Assembly: GCA_963662285.2 (NCBI GenBank)
Contig: CAXXMV010000001.1
Location: 1,189,080 to 1,253,079 of the forward strand
DNA from: a bacterium
GTDB taxonomy: Bacteria; Hinthialibacterota; Hinthialibacteria; Hinthialibacterales; Hinthialibacteraceae
Direction of reading: 5' to 3'
DNA: 64,000 nt
Shown: in pieces, positions 52,820-63,511 of the stretch
Layout of the letters: each line of letters begins with the position of its first letter
Numbering within the stretch: the first letter of the stretch is position 1
Position numbers and translations under genes: made by a program
Notes under the pieces: model-generated
Database searches by the model: none
Told to the model about the DNA's origin: nothing
The model's input: the letters and a program-made list of their open reading frames with translations, nothing else

Positions 52820-54511
52820 ATGAAATCTTTTGTAAAGAAGAATCTTTTATTGATTAATGGGTATGGCTCACCAAGAATAATAATTGATGAGTTAATATCC
52901 AAGATTTCTACCGATAGTAATATTTATTTATCCTATCCTGTAGCGGTTTTAACTTTAGCTGGCTGGTGCAAACAAGAATTCCCTAATTTCAATATAAAAA
53001 TCATTGATGCTCCTATGGAGATTCATAAGCATTTTTCAAAGATTGAAAGTAAGGCTATTAATTTTTCTGAATTTAATGCCAGGATGCTTGAAGAAACCGG
53101 ATTTGTCCCGGATTATATTGGAATTTCAATCAGTATATCAAATGGGCATATACCTTGTTTGCAATTGTGCAAATTCATGAAAGAGATATGGCCAGACAGT
53201 AAGATTATTGCTGGCGGCGTCCATACAACTACTTTTCCTCATAGAATCATTAATGAACCCGGTATTGACTATATTGTGAGAGGTCCTGGAGATATTGCAT
53301 TTGTTGAATTACTAGACTCTCTTATCAAAGAAAAATCACCTGAACAGATACCAGGTGTTGTTACTGGAATTGATAATATCCATAAGATGGCAATTCCTTT
53401 TCATAATCTTGATGATATACCACCCTATCCATACGATATGATTGATATGGAATATTTAGTAGTAAATGAATCAACTTCTCCAATCCATGAAAAAGGCGCC
53501 CGAACTGGAATGATATTTATATCAAGGGGTTGTCCATTTGGTTGTACTTTTTGTTCAGCGGATAAAGTTCATGGTAAGAAAGTGTTTTATAAAAGTGCAA
53601 GTAAGATGGTTGATGAAATTGAATATCTCATCAATACTTATCACGTTAACAGCATCAGTATTCTTGATGATTTATTTGGAGCAAATAAAAAACAATTTTT
53701 TGATTTTTTTAGAATAATTGAAGACAGAGGTTTGAATTTTAATCTGATAGTACCAACCTTATCGATAAAGATTTTCAATGAAGAAATGATTGATGTTTTG
53801 GTTAAACATGGATTGAAAGTAACTTTTTTCCCAGTTGAGTCAGGTTCTAAATTTGTTCAAGAGAATATTATTAAAAAAAATATTGATTTAGATAAAGCCA
53901 TTAGATTAATCGAATATTCCAAAAAAAAAGGAGTCTTTTCCGGAGCTAATATTGTTATCGGATCTCCTGGCGAAACCAGAGAGATGATGATGGAAACAAG
54001 AGATTTTGTTAAGGATTTACCTGCTGATGCGATTGCTTTTTTTGTTGCATACCCGTACCCTGGAACTGAAATGACTAATATCTTGCTTGAACGTGGTTCA
54101 CTAACGGAAAATAGTTTAATTGAAGTTTGGAATACCTCAACTCAAGGATTCAAAACTAGACCTTTTGATACAATTGAAATTTCCGGGAAAGAATTATCTG
54201 ATCTGGTTTATGATTTTAATATTGATATAAATTTCTTTTCAAATTTCAATATGCGTAACCAAAACTATAAGAATCCTATTATCAGGTTTAATAAAATTAT
54301 TGACCGTTATCCATTTCATATTGTAGCTCTTGCATGTCGAGCAAGATGCTATTATGAAATTGGTCAAACAGATATAGCAGTGGATGATGTAAAAAGTATT
54401 TTTACACTAATTAAAGAAAATAGTGAATCCCAAAAATTGTTCAATAGGTATGAAAAAAGAATTTTGGAAATGGTTGATTTTTCTGACACTAGTTTATATC
54501 AAGATCTATAG
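52820..54511 (+). CDS. B12-binding radical SAM protein (class B methyltransferase-like)
   Basis: N-terminal cobalamin-binding domain (IIAGGVH), SRGCPFGCTFC, VESGS, IGSPGET and PYPGT motifs. Confidence 0.9.
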   Translation: MKSFVKKNLLLINGYGSPRIIIDELISKISTDSNIYLSYPVAVLTLAGWCKQEFPNFNIKIIDAPMEIHKHFSKIESKAINFSEFNARMLEETGFVPDYIGISISISNGHIPCLQLCKFMKEIWPDSKIIAGGVHTTTFPHRIINEPGIDYIVRGPGDIAFVELLDSLIKEKSPEQIPGVVTGIDNIHKMAIPFHNLDDIPPYPYDMIDMEYLVVNESTSPIHEKGARTGMIFISRGCPFGCTFCSADKVHGKKVFYKSASKMVDEIEYLINTYHVNSISILDDLFGANKKQFFDFFRIIEDRGLNFNLIVPTLSIKIFNEEMIDVLVKHGLKVTFFPVESGSKFVQENIIKKNIDLDKAIRLIEYSKKKGVFSGANIVIGSPGETREMMMETRDFVKDLPADAIAFFVAYPYPGTEMTNILLERGSLTENSLIEVWNTSTQGFKTRPFDTIEISGKELSDLVYDFNIDINFFSNFNMRNQNYKNPIIRFNKIIDRYPFHIVALACRARCYYEIGQTDIAVDDVKSIFTLIKENSESQKLFNRYEKRILEMVDFSDTSLYQDL

Positions 54512-54602
54512 GATCAACTCTTGGCTCCGGGATTAACATTACTTACTCCACATAAATAACCATCAAAATATGCATCTGATCAAACTGTTGTTTTCATAGT
54601 TT

Positions 54603-55811
54603 CTACGAAACCGAAGATATTCCGAACCGCTTTTGTAATGAGGCAAACCGGGTGCGGACTTTTTTGATATAGCGCTTGCCCGCCGGGGGGACGCCGGTTC
54701 TCTCCACTCGCCCGGGGCCGACATTATATGCGGCCAAAGCAGTATCGGTGTCTTTGAACATACTCAATAAAAATCGTAAATATTCTGTTCCGCCCCGGAT
54801 GTTCTGTTCCGCATTTAAGGGATTAGATACATCCAGTTCTTTGGCGGTGGGAGGCATCAGTTGCATCAATCCCTGCCCCCCGTCATGAGCGACTACGTCA
54901 ACCCGCCAGGATGATTCAGTGTCGATCATCGCCCAGACTAACAGTGGATCGAGTTGGTTGAGTTTGGCGTAACGATCCACCAGTTGCAGCAAATGAATGG
55001 GAGGCAATTTCTCTCCGTTCTTTTTTGCTTTTTGAACTACAGCCAGGAATGATGAATATTTAGTATCGACTGGTTTCTTCATTCTACGCGCCGCCAGTTT
55101 ATCAGCGCCCAGCAGCACGCTTTCCCTACGCAACGCGATCAGTTCGTTGCGTACGCTTTTCCATTTTTGAGGATCAACCCCGTATTTTTCCGCTAATAAC
55201 AGTTGTCTCTCGGCGCCTTTGGAGTCCAGATGATCGATCCGGTCGCGCGCCATAAGCAAGTGTAGATTCCCTCGAACGCTTCCCCAATAATCAGCATCAT
55301 TTTTGTTGTTTTTGTTGTCGTCTTTGTAGATGCGCTCCAACTCGGATATTCCGGCTTCCAAACCGTTGTTCTTGATTAGGGATTCGATTCTCTTCTTTTC
55401 TTTAATCTTCTCTTCTTCGGCGATACTGGTTCGGGCTTTTTCCAACTGCTCCAGAGCTGACTTGCTGGCGTCTCTCCATTCAGCATGAAGCGAGGCTTTC
55501 TTGATAAACCGGCTGGCGCGATCCAACTTTCTTCGTTCCAGAAGGTTCAATCCCAGCATTAGTTCGCTTTCGCCCGGTCGGGCATGAGAAACCTTCGCCA
55601 CCGAACGCATAGGCATCGAGACCGCGCCGCCAATCGTCTCGATGGTGATCATGGTCTTGGTTTCAACCGTGATGCATCCTTCAACAATCGCGCCCGACTC
55701 AAGGCTGACCAGATCGTAATCTGCAGCCTGGCCTTTATCGCACATCCCCGGCAGGGATAAGCAGAGGATCATACAAACCGTTATAATTTTATTAATAAAT
55801 TGTCTATTCAT
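54603..55811 (-). CDS. Lytic transglycosylase (SLT domain) with exported N-terminal region
   Basis: AMIDTESS, GLMQLMPPTA, NIRGGTEYL and ALAAYNVGPG motifs. Confidence 0.9.
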   Translation of the reverse strand: MNRQFINKIITVCMILCLSLPGMCDKGQAADYDLVSLESGAIVEGCITVETKTMITIETIGGAVSMPMRSVAKVSHARPGESELMLGLNLLERRKLDRASRFIKKASLHAEWRDASKSALEQLEKARTSIAEEEKIKEKKRIESLIKNNGLEAGISELERIYKDDNKNNKNDADYWGSVRGNLHLLMARDRIDHLDSKGAERQLLLAEKYGVDPQKWKSVRNELIALRRESVLLGADKLAARRMKKPVDTKYSSFLAVVQKAKKNGEKLPPIHLLQLVDRYAKLNQLDPLLVWAMIDTESSWRVDVVAHDGGQGLMQLMPPTAKELDVSNPLNAEQNIRGGTEYLRFLLSMFKDTDTALAAYNVGPGRVERTGVPPAGKRYIKKVRTRFASLQKRFGISSVS

Positions 55812-56710
55812 TAGAAAGAGTGCATCTTCATCCGTCGTTGCAGATATTCTCGCAGAATAACTTCCAAGGACTGATCTGTGCGAATCAATTTATAATCTAT
55901 GCCATACTCCAGGCATCCTTCGCGATAGGCGGTCAAAAATTGCTCCATGCGTTCCAGGTATTTTTTTTGCAACCTACGGGGCGTCGTTCTGATTGAATCG
56001 GCTTCGCCTTCCAGAGAGTGAAATTCGACCGTCCCGTAATAGGGCAATTCGACTTCTTCAGGAGTCAATATATGAAAAACGATCAATTCCTGCTGGTTTT
56101 TCCGCAGAAGAGCCATGTTTTTCAATACCCGTTCAGGTTCATCGATCAAATCAGATATAAGGATAACCATGCCTCGTTTCTTAAGAATCTCACCCAATCC
56201 GGATAAAACCAAACTGATATCCGTGTCCTCACTGGTCATCGGAGCATTGGCCAGCGAATCAAGAATCCCGCCCCACTGATCCGAACGGTTTCGTGGAGGA
56301 ATATAAGCGCGGACAGCACTGTCAAAAGCCAGCAATCCAACCCCGTCTCCCTGAGACAGCATCAAGTGCGACAATGCGGCGGCCAATTGCTGAGCATAGA
56401 GCAATTTGGTTTTCGTCGAATCACCGAATCGCATTGATCCGCTCATATCAGTCAGGATGGTTGCGCGTAAATTGGTGTCTTCTTCAAATAATTTAACATG
56501 GAACCGGTCTGTCTTGGCATAAGCGCGCCAATCGATCAAGCGCAGCTCATCGCCGGGGTTATAAGGCCGGTGTTCGCTGAATTCCACATTTCGACCCATA
56601 AAATGGCTATGATGCAATCCCGATACCGTGCCTTCCACCGCTTGCCGGGCAACCAGTTCCAGGTGGGCTACGGAAGATAATAATGCGGGATCGACAATAT
56701 GTTCTGGCAT
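55811..56710 (-). CDS. DUF58 (vWA-like) protein
   Basis: G.HHS...G..VEFSEHRPY.PGDELR.IDW..YAK, DMSGSM and ISDL motifs. Start set at ATG 56710. Confidence 0.92.
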   Translation of the reverse strand: MPEHIVDPALLSSVAHLELVARQAVEGTVSGLHHSHFMGRNVEFSEHRPYNPGDELRLIDWRAYAKTDRFHVKLFEEDTNLRATILTDMSGSMRFGDSTKTKLLYAQQLAAALSHLMLSQGDGVGLLAFDSAVRAYIPPRNRSDQWGGILDSLANAPMTSEDTDISLVLSGLGEILKKRGMVILISDLIDEPERVLKNMALLRKNQQELIVFHILTPEEVELPYYGTVEFHSLEGEADSIRTTPRRLQKKYLERMEQFLTAYREGCLEYGIDYKLIRTDQSLEVILREYLQRRMKMHSF

Positions 56711-56786
56711 AAATCTTCTCAACTATTCACACGTGTGGTTAAACAAACACTGTTGGGTATTTCTTTTCGGGGCTAATTGCTATCAA

Positions 56787-56929
56787 CCCTCTCCTTACCT
56801 CTCCCAATCTTGGGAGAGGAATGTTATTCCAAGGTGTTTTTGTATAACTATATCAAAACAATATGGATGTTTAGATATCAAAAACCCTCTCCCCCAAGTT
56901 GGGGGAGAATTCAAGAGGGGGTTGTTTTC
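56787..56929. repeat. Inverted pair of REP-like GC hairpins
   Basis: ccctctccttacctctcccaatcttgggagagg and ccctctcccccaagttgggggagaattcaagagggggtt; caagagggggttgttttc recurs exactly at 23796-23813. Confidence 0.65.
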
Positions 56930-56990
56930 TAAAACCTTGCATAACCCCCATTGTATCTTACCTTAAAATAAACGTCAGGTGAATAACCTC

Positions 56991-57722
56991 TCACCTCGGC
57001 GCCAGCACGCTGCGCAAACCTTTGGCCTCGGCCAGGATGCCCCGTAAGATATCAATTTCCTGCTTTGACATGCCTGAACCTGCGCCTCGCTCAAAATGAC
57101 GCTCATCCGGCGACCCCAGGCCGCCTGTTTGGGGCAGCGTCTTTAGATAATTTACGATCATATCCCTGATTTCCGAAGCATTTTCCAAACCATTTAGCAC
57201 CGCCCGGTGATTGTTGTGAAAAACCGCTTGCTGATCACCAGCCGATGATCCGCCTCCTCCGGCTGTATCAACCACCACGCGGGATATACCGAACATGCGT
57301 TCAATAGGCCCCTGTTCAACGGTGATGTTTTGAACATTGACAAAAGTCAGAGTCTGTTCCAGGATCGACCATACCCCTTTGCGAACTCTCAGGCTCCTGT
57401 CGGTTACGATATAATAACGCATATCATATTCCAGCCGGATTATGAATTGTGAACCGATTAAAACCAGAAACCACATTATCCCCATAAGCGCTATCGCCAT
57501 GAATCCAATCAGAGGTTCATTGACTATGATGATGATTCCCACTGTAAGAATAATTAATCCCAAGACCAGCATGGTAATCATCAGGATCATCATTTGATAA
57601 GCTAAATAACGTTTAGAAGCCCGGAATATCTGAATGCTATCATTGGCGCCGCCGGGTACTTCTGGTGGACCGTTGGGCGCGCGAAACAGATCAAGCAGAG
57701 TCTCTTTAATCGATTCATACAT
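56991..57722 (-). CDS. Bacterial PH-domain (bPH_2/YdbS-like) membrane protein
   Basis: Two TM helices then YIVTDRSLRVRKG...VQNITVEQGPIERMFG; ATG 57722 overlaps the upstream gene's end. Confidence 0.85.
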   Translation of the reverse strand: MYESIKETLLDLFRAPNGPPEVPGGANDSIQIFRASKRYLAYQMMILMITMLVLGLIILTVGIIIIVNEPLIGFMAIALMGIMWFLVLIGSQFIIRLEYDMRYYIVTDRSLRVRKGVWSILEQTLTFVNVQNITVEQGPIERMFGISRVVVDTAGGGGSSAGDQQAVFHNNHRAVLNGLENASEIRDMIVNYLKTLPQTGGLGSPDERHFERGAGSGMSKQEIDILRGILAEAKGLRSVLAPR

Positions 57723-58239
57723 GATCGCCGCCCCCTTCAACCGCCTGTCGGATACTGCGCAACTCATCGCGGATTTCTTTCAGCAACAGCACCGATTCAG
57801 GTTCTCCGGTTGCGCTGTTCTCTTCGCTTTCGAGATTGATTTCTCCCCGCGCCCCGCGCATACGGTTATACAGAAAATCGCGTATCTCGTTATATTCATC
57901 CAAGCCGACAATGGATAATTCGGCCGAAGCGCTGCCCGAAGCGGTCTGAATTTCAACCGTGCCCAGGCTCAACCACCGTTCAACTAATCCCCGCGTCACA
58001 TGGATATCCTGAATACGGGCATAGGTTAAAAAAACTTGTTTCTTAAACAATACCCCCCACGAAGCGCCGACTCCTTCTTTATCGAAATGATAGCGCAACG
58101 AGATGTATTTGCAGTAAAGCGGGACAAACACAAAGGGAAATGCAATCAAAGCCGAAAGGCTGCGGATAAGATACAGGATAACCAGTTTTGAATTTGGTCT
58201 TTCCAATCCGAAAATCTTCTGTTCCAATTGCTGATCCAT
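57715..58239 (-). CDS. Bacterial PH-domain (bPH_2) membrane protein
   Basis: RY.F...G....G.LFK...Y.RIQDI....G..ERWL.LG.V.IQTASGS pattern. Confidence 0.85.
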   Translation of the reverse strand: MDQQLEQKIFGLERPNSKLVILYLIRSLSALIAFPFVFVPLYCKYISLRYHFDKEGVGASWGVLFKKQVFLTYARIQDIHVTRGLVERWLSLGTVEIQTASGSASAELSIVGLDEYNEIRDFLYNRMRGARGEINLESEENSATGEPESVLLLKEIRDELRSIRQAVEGGGDHV

Positions 58240-58421
58240 ATCAATAATTCCTTAACCGATAGTTTTTGTTTATTTGCGATGGAGCGAAATAGATAAGCCT
58301 TGGCATATAAATCACATCAAAATATATAATCACTCATTTACATAAAATCCAGGTCATCCAAAAAATCCTGACCATCCTTATTAAGACAAAAAAACACTCA
58401 AAAATCCCCATCCCCTATCGC

Positions 58422-58509
58422 GCAGGATGGTCAGCGCTTCACCGAACCATCAAAAATTCACCCTTGATTTTATATCCCTCTCCCGGCGGGAGAGGGATAG
58501 GTTTAGGGG
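58422..58509 (+). repeat. Clustered REP-like elements (degenerate GTAG REP plus GC hairpin)
   Basis: gcaggatggtcagcgcttcaccgaaccatc (cf. 18631) and ccctctcccggcgggagagggataggtttagggg (cf. 16111). Confidence 0.7.
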
Positions 58510-58543
58510 TATTTTTATATATCCTAATTTATTATATTGAGCC

Positions 58544-58873
58544 TCATCGACCCATCAAAAAATATTTAATCAACCAATCCAATCGCCCCCGCTTAACGAA
58601 ATAGATTCCCGAATAACGCATTATCTCTTTAATCTTCTGGCGGTATACCGGTTTATAGCAATGAGATGGACAATCCTTGCATTTCGGTTTGGGATCATGG
58701 GGGCAATGCATCAAACGTTGGCGGGAGTATTCAATCAACTCAAGGCATTCAGAGCATGGGCCATTATCATAGGCTTCATGATGCTTGCGGCAATAAATAT
58801 TCACAAATCGCTTTAATATCTTAAGCTGCTTCTCAATAGCAACGGGATCATTATTCAGAGGCTTTGAGTTCAC
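58544..58873 (-). CDS. YgbA / nitrous-oxide-stimulated promoter family protein
   Basis: IYCRKHH...C.EC..L..Y...RL..CP....KP.C..C..HCY......I...MRYSG pattern. Confidence 0.9.
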   Translation of the reverse strand: MNSKPLNNDPVAIEKQLKILKRFVNIYCRKHHEAYDNGPCSECLELIEYSRQRLMHCPHDPKPKCKDCPSHCYKPVYRQKIKEIMRYSGIYFVKRGRLDWLIKYFLMGR

Positions 58874-58884
58874 TGCAAATCATC

Positions 58885-60132
58885 CTAGTCAGCCAGCCGA
58901 AAGCGCATCCCCGCATCACGCTCTATAATGCCTTTGAGTTCCAGTAACCCCAAAGCAGATGACACGCGGGATACCGGCCACTCCAGGTTGCGGCAGATAA
59001 TATCGATATGCTGCGTTTCTTCAGTAATGATCTTAAAGACCTCTTCTTCATCTCCACTTAGGATAGTTTGAGGCGGCTCCTTTTTTGGCGTTGATACAGG
59101 AGCTGTTTTTATGGTTGATATTTCTATGATGCGATCAGCTGATTGCGAAGAATCTGCATCCGCTTCATCTTTACGCTGCGGGCCGAGATCAATCTGGGGA
59201 ATTTTGCCGTCCAGTTCATTACGGTAAAAGGTGATCTTATCTTCAAGTTCCCGAAGGATATCTTCTGCCGAGGTTACCAGCGTGGCGCGTGAATTTTTAA
59301 TAAGATGGTTGGTGCCGGGCGAAACGCACTGTTCTACATTACCCGGTAATGCAAATATCTCTTTCCCCTGTTCGAGCGCATAATCGGCGGTTATCAAAGA
59401 ACCGCTGCGACTGGGCGCTTCCGCTATTAATACTCCCAGGGAAAGCCCGCTGATAATCCGGTTGCGCGGGGGGAAATTACGGCCCTGCGGCGACACATCA
59501 TAAAACAACTCAGTTATCAATGCGCCGCGTTTGACTATTTGATCGGCTAATGATACATGCTCTTTGGGATAAACGAATTTTAATCCGTTGCCCATTACCG
59601 CAATGGTTCGTCCCTGTTTACAGCGTAAGGCCCCTTTATGAGCGGCGGCGTCTATACCCCAGGCCAGGCCGCTGATAATCGTCAATCCGGCATCGGCTAA
59701 ATCACCCGCTATTTTATTGGTTAAGCGTCTTCCGCTATCCGATGCTGTACGCGAGCCGACAATAGCGACGGATAAAATATCCTGAACCTTGATTCTTCCT
59801 TTAACGAACAATAGAGCTGGTGATGCGGGAATATGCCGTAGCGGCGGAGGATATTCCGGATCAGAATGTAGAATCATTGAAATGCCATGCTTCTCCGCCC
59901 AGGCCAGTTCTCTATCAATTTCATTATCATATTTACCCTTAGCCGAGTCCTGTATGGCCGCTCCAATCTCACGGCTGAAACCGGGGATACGTTCAATAGC
60001 GCTTATTGGCGCATTCAGGGCTTTCTCTATCGAGCCGAAATGCTCTTGCAACTTCATTGCTCGGCTGCTGCCCATGAATTTCGCTCGCAGCATTGCCAAC
60101 CAGGGATAAAGCCGATTACGATCCAGTTTCAT
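58885..60132 (-). CDS. dprA: DNA-processing protein DprA
   Basis: YPPPL, VAIVGSR, IISGLAWGIDAAAH, FPPRNRIISG and SGSLITA motifs; C-terminal winged helix. Confidence 0.96.
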   Translation of the reverse strand: MKLDRNRLYPWLAMLRAKFMGSSRAMKLQEHFGSIEKALNAPISAIERIPGFSREIGAAIQDSAKGKYDNEIDRELAWAEKHGISMILHSDPEYPPPLRHIPASPALLFVKGRIKVQDILSVAIVGSRTASDSGRRLTNKIAGDLADAGLTIISGLAWGIDAAAHKGALRCKQGRTIAVMGNGLKFVYPKEHVSLADQIVKRGALITELFYDVSPQGRNFPPRNRIISGLSLGVLIAEAPSRSGSLITADYALEQGKEIFALPGNVEQCVSPGTNHLIKNSRATLVTSAEDILRELEDKITFYRNELDGKIPQIDLGPQRKDEADADSSQSADRIIEISTIKTAPVSTPKKEPPQTILSGDEEEVFKIITEETQHIDIICRNLEWPVSRVSSALGLLELKGIIERDAGMRFRLAD

Positions 60133-60367
60133 CTGTCTGCTCCAGTAATTACACCATCATTGAGCTTGCTGAGCATTCCCGCAAGTCCACTACTTATTAT
60201 TTCACTACCCAATATTTTTTGAAGTTTTCCAAACCACAAATAATAATCATTTTATTATTACATATACCAATAATAAATCGTACTATAATCAATCGATTAT
60301 TGAGTATCCAAAGAGCCAAACTACCTGAGATTAATCAATACCGGCTAATCTTTGAAGGAGAGTTAGC

Positions 60368-61027
60368 ATGCATGTTGCTCACCAAATTGAATATCTTCTC
60401 TTTTTCGGCGTAATCCTTCTTGTCTTTGGACTTCGTAATATTAGAAACAAACAGTCCTCTGCGATTGGATCATTATGCTCTTTTTACTGTCTTATTGTAG
60501 CGCTGGCCTGTTTTCTCTATGTATTTTGCAATTTACTTTTCCAGATTTTAATCCCTCAGTGGCAAGAATCATTAACTGCTATTGTATTTTTTATGCTGGT
60601 AATGGTTCATAGAGTAAAAACAATCTTGCAGCGGGGATATTTGCGATTTGTATTTAATTCAAATTTTGTAATGCGCTATACAGTGCTGCTTTCAGGATTA
60701 ATGTTGTATGCCTGGAATTATCTTTGCTTGCAGCAAGAAGAAATGTACTTTTATATTGATTCGGCTATTGCTGGATTGATTTATTCTTTCATCCTTATAT
60801 TACTTGGTTTATGTATGGATGAATTGTGGAGCAATGGTATAAGGCTTAGTCTCATCGGAAAATTCATCCCTTGGAACCAGATAAAATCATACTCTTTCAA
60901 GTCCAATGGTGATTTTACTGTATCTATTACAACAACCATTTCATGGCTGCCTTTCTTTCAACTTAGAATATCGTCTCAACAGCAACATGCTATCATAAAC
61001 TTTCTACAAAGCGAAAAGAATCAATAA
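60368..61027 (+). CDS. Hypothetical membrane protein (DUF5673-like C-terminus)
   Basis: AGGAG RBS; about five TM helices; C-terminal NGI...FIPWNQIKSY. Confidence 0.65.
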   Translation: MHVAHQIEYLLFFGVILLVFGLRNIRNKQSSAIGSLCSFYCLIVALACFLYVFCNLLFQILIPQWQESLTAIVFFMLVMVHRVKTILQRGYLRFVFNSNFVMRYTVLLSGLMLYAWNYLCLQQEEMYFYIDSAIAGLIYSFILILLGLCMDELWSNGIRLSLIGKFIPWNQIKSYSFKSNGDFTVSITTTISWLPFFQLRISSQQQHAIINFLQSEKNQ

Positions 61028-61183
61028 GTTAACACCTTTCACCTCTTCTTCCCCCTGCTGTACGCCTTGAAAAATATCCTACTCATGCTAAAAATTAGTG
61101 TTTACCGTACTTATTGTGCTGTTTTCATAACTTTAAGGCGGACAATACTTTACTGCTTAGGCGGTATATAAGGAGTCGTAATT

Positions 61184-62086
61184 TTGACTACTGTAAGCAT
61201 GAAACAACTCCTGGAGTCCGGAGTTCATTTCGGCCACCAAACGCGCCGATGGAATCCGAAAATGGCCAAATATATCTTTGGTCAGCGCAACGGCATCTAC
61301 ATAATTGATCTTAAGAAGACCGTGCGTTTAATGAAGGAAGCATGCCGTTTTGTCCGGGATATCTCGGCGCAGGGCGGAACCGTTCTTTTTGTCGGTACCA
61401 AGAAACAGGCTCAGGATACCGTTAAAGAAGAAGCCAACCGTTGCGATATGTATTACGTCAACAACCGCTGGCTCGGTGGGATGCTCACCAACTACAATAC
61501 TATCTGTAAAAGCATCCAGAAGATGAAAGAACTTGAATTTCAGTTGAACGACGAATTTACCCTGCAAAATCGAAATAAAAAAGAACGTCTGATGATGAGC
61601 AAACTTAAGGGTAAATTAGAAAAGAATTTAGCCGGTATCAGAGATATGGATGATTTGCCCGCAGCAGTATTTGTTACTGATACGCGCAAAGATCACATCG
61701 CCGTTCTTGAAGCAAGAAGACTCAATATCCCGGTTGTTGCTATCGTCGATACCAATTGCGACCCGGATTTCATTGATTACGTTATTCCCGGCAACGATGA
61801 TGCTATTCGTGCGGTTCGCTTGATAGCCGCTCGTATTGCCGATTCCATTATGGAAGGCAAAATGGCTTCGTCAGAAGGCTCCGATGAAGAATTACAGCAG
61901 GCGGCGCCTACCGTTGAATCGGCGCCAGTAGCTGCAGCTGCGGATGCTCCTGTAGAAACTGCAACGCCAGAGCCTGCCGTTGAATCGGCCCCGGCTGTAG
62001 AAGCTGCGCCTCAAACGCCTGCTCCTGCTCAACCTGAACCAACTAAGGTTATCGAACCAGATACCGAAACTCCGGAAACTATTTAA
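61184..62086 (+). CDS. rpsB: 30S ribosomal protein S2
   Basis: [28 protein letters not shown] and PGNDDAIRA motifs; AGGAG RBS with TTG start. Confidence 0.99.
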   Translation: MTTVSMKQLLESGVHFGHQTRRWNPKMAKYIFGQRNGIYIIDLKKTVRLMKEACRFVRDISAQGGTVLFVGTKKQAQDTVKEEANRCDMYYVNNRWLGGMLTNYNTICKSIQKMKELEFQLNDEFTLQNRNKKERLMMSKLKGKLEKNLAGIRDMDDLPAAVFVTDTRKDHIAVLEARRLNIPVVAIVDTNCDPDFIDYVIPGNDDAIRAVRLIAARIADSIMEGKMASSEGSDEELQQAAPTVESAPVAAAADAPVETATPEPAVESAPAVEAAPQTPAPAQPEPTKVIEPDTETPETI

Positions 62087-62134
62087 GCCGGTAAATAACA
62101 CCTGAATTTTAACAAGGCAAAAAGGAAACATAAA

Positions 62135-62740
62135 ATGGCTAACATAACAGCTGCGGAAGTGAAAACTCTCCGCGATAAGACTGGCGCCGGAATGATGGAT
62201 TGCAAAAAGGCTCTTAAAGAATGCGATGGAGATGTTGAGAAAGCTACCAAATATCTTCGTGAAAAAGGCATCGCCAGTGCTGCAAAACGCTCCGGTCGCG
62301 CTACCAAAGAAGGCTTGGTTTATTCTTACATCCATCCCGGCAACAAGATCGGCGTCATGGTGGAAATGAATTGCGAAACCGACTTCGTCGCCCGTAATGA
62401 AAATTTCCAGGCTCTCGTAAAAGATATCGCTATGCATATCGCTGCTTCCAACCCTAAATACATCACTCGCGAAGAAGTTTCTGCCGGTGACATTGAAGGC
62501 GAACGGGAGGTTTTACGCAACCAGGCAAAAGAAGCTGGCAAACCAGATGCGGTTATAGATAAAATAGTTGATGGTCGCATCGATAAATTCTTCTCTCAGA
62601 TTTGTCTGCTCGAACAACCTTTTATTAAGGAAATGAACTCTACTGTTGAAGATTTCATTAAAGAATCAATCGCTAAAATCGGCGAAAACATTCAGGTTCG
62701 TCGCTTTGTCCGCTACCAATTAGGTGAAGAAATTGAGTAG
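62135..62740 (+). CDS. tsf: Elongation factor Ts (short form)
   Basis: LRDKTGAGMMDCKKAL and NCETDFVA motifs. Confidence 0.99.
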   Translation: MANITAAEVKTLRDKTGAGMMDCKKALKECDGDVEKATKYLREKGIASAAKRSGRATKEGLVYSYIHPGNKIGVMVEMNCETDFVARNENFQALVKDIAMHIAASNPKYITREEVSAGDIEGEREVLRNQAKEAGKPDAVIDKIVDGRIDKFFSQICLLEQPFIKEMNSTVEDFIKESIAKIGENIQVRRFVRYQLGEEIE

Positions 62741-62746
62741 AACTCA

Positions 62747-63511
62747 ATGGCATGGGAGGCGCCGGGTAATATGACTTCTAAACGCCGGGTTCTCCTTAAA
62801 ATCAGCGGAGAAGCTCTCGCCGGTGAGCAAGGGCATGGAATCCATTTTCCCACGCTGGAAAAAGTATCCCTGGAAATCGCCGCAGCCAAGAGCTGCGGCG
62901 TGGAACTGGCAATTGTTGTTGGTGGTGGAAATATTTGGCGCGGCGGTTCTTCCGCCGCGTTTTACATTGAAGAGCCTACCGCTCATTACATGGGCATGAT
63001 GGCTACTATCATCAACGCGCTCGCCTTTCAGGGCGCTCTCGAACGCGTGGGAGTCGACACTCGCGTGCAAACTGCAATCCATATGGAAGAAATCGCGGAA
63101 CCCTATATCCGCCGACGCGCTATACGCCATATCGAAAAAAACCGTGTTGTCATTTTCGCTGGTGGAACAGGGAATCCTTTCTTTACTACTGACACCGCCG
63201 CCGCTTTAAGGGCCATAGAAATTGAAGCGGAAATCGTATATAAAGCAACAAAAGTGGATGGAGTTTTTTCCGCCGATCCAATGAAAGACCCTAACGCAAT
63301 ACGATATTCTGAGTTAACGTATAAAGAAGTCTTAAATAAGGGATTACGGGTTATGGATTCTACCGCCGTCTCCCTTTGTATGGAAAATAAACTGCCTATC
63401 TCCATATTTGACATGAATCAACCGGGCGCCATTACCCGCGCTCTTAGAGGTGAAATCGTAGGTACATTGGTAACCGCTGGAACGACAGAATCGGGGGATG
63501 ACAATGCTTGA
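62747..63511 (+). CDS. pyrH: Uridylate kinase
   Basis: [25 protein letters not shown] and KVDGV..DP motifs. Start may be ATG 62771. Confidence 0.98.
   Translation: MAWEAPGNMTSKRRVLLKISGEALAGEQGHGIHFPTLEKVSLEIAAAKSCGVELAIVVGGGNIWRGGSSAAFYIEEPTAHYMGMMATIINALAFQGALERVGVDTRVQTAIHMEEIAEPYIRRRAIRHIEKNRVVIFAGGTGNPFFTTDTAAALRAIEIEAEIVYKATKVDGVFSADPMKDPNAIRYSELTYKEVLNKGLRVMDSTAVSLCMENKLPISIFDMNQPGAITRALRGEIVGTLVTAGTTESGDDNA

Noticed and set aside
58345-58387. aatcc-spaced repeat (aatccaggtcatcc...aatcctgaccatcc)
   Set aside because: Single short degenerate occurrence; not enough to call a family.
58885-60132. dprA as evidence that the pilus is a competence pilus
   Set aside because: It is 20 kb from the pilus locus, widespread, and no comEA/comEC/comF is in the window.
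61060-61183. rpsB leader RNA or promoter
   Set aside because: An S2 autoregulatory leader is plausible from context, but no convincing structure or clean -10 box could be identified by eye.
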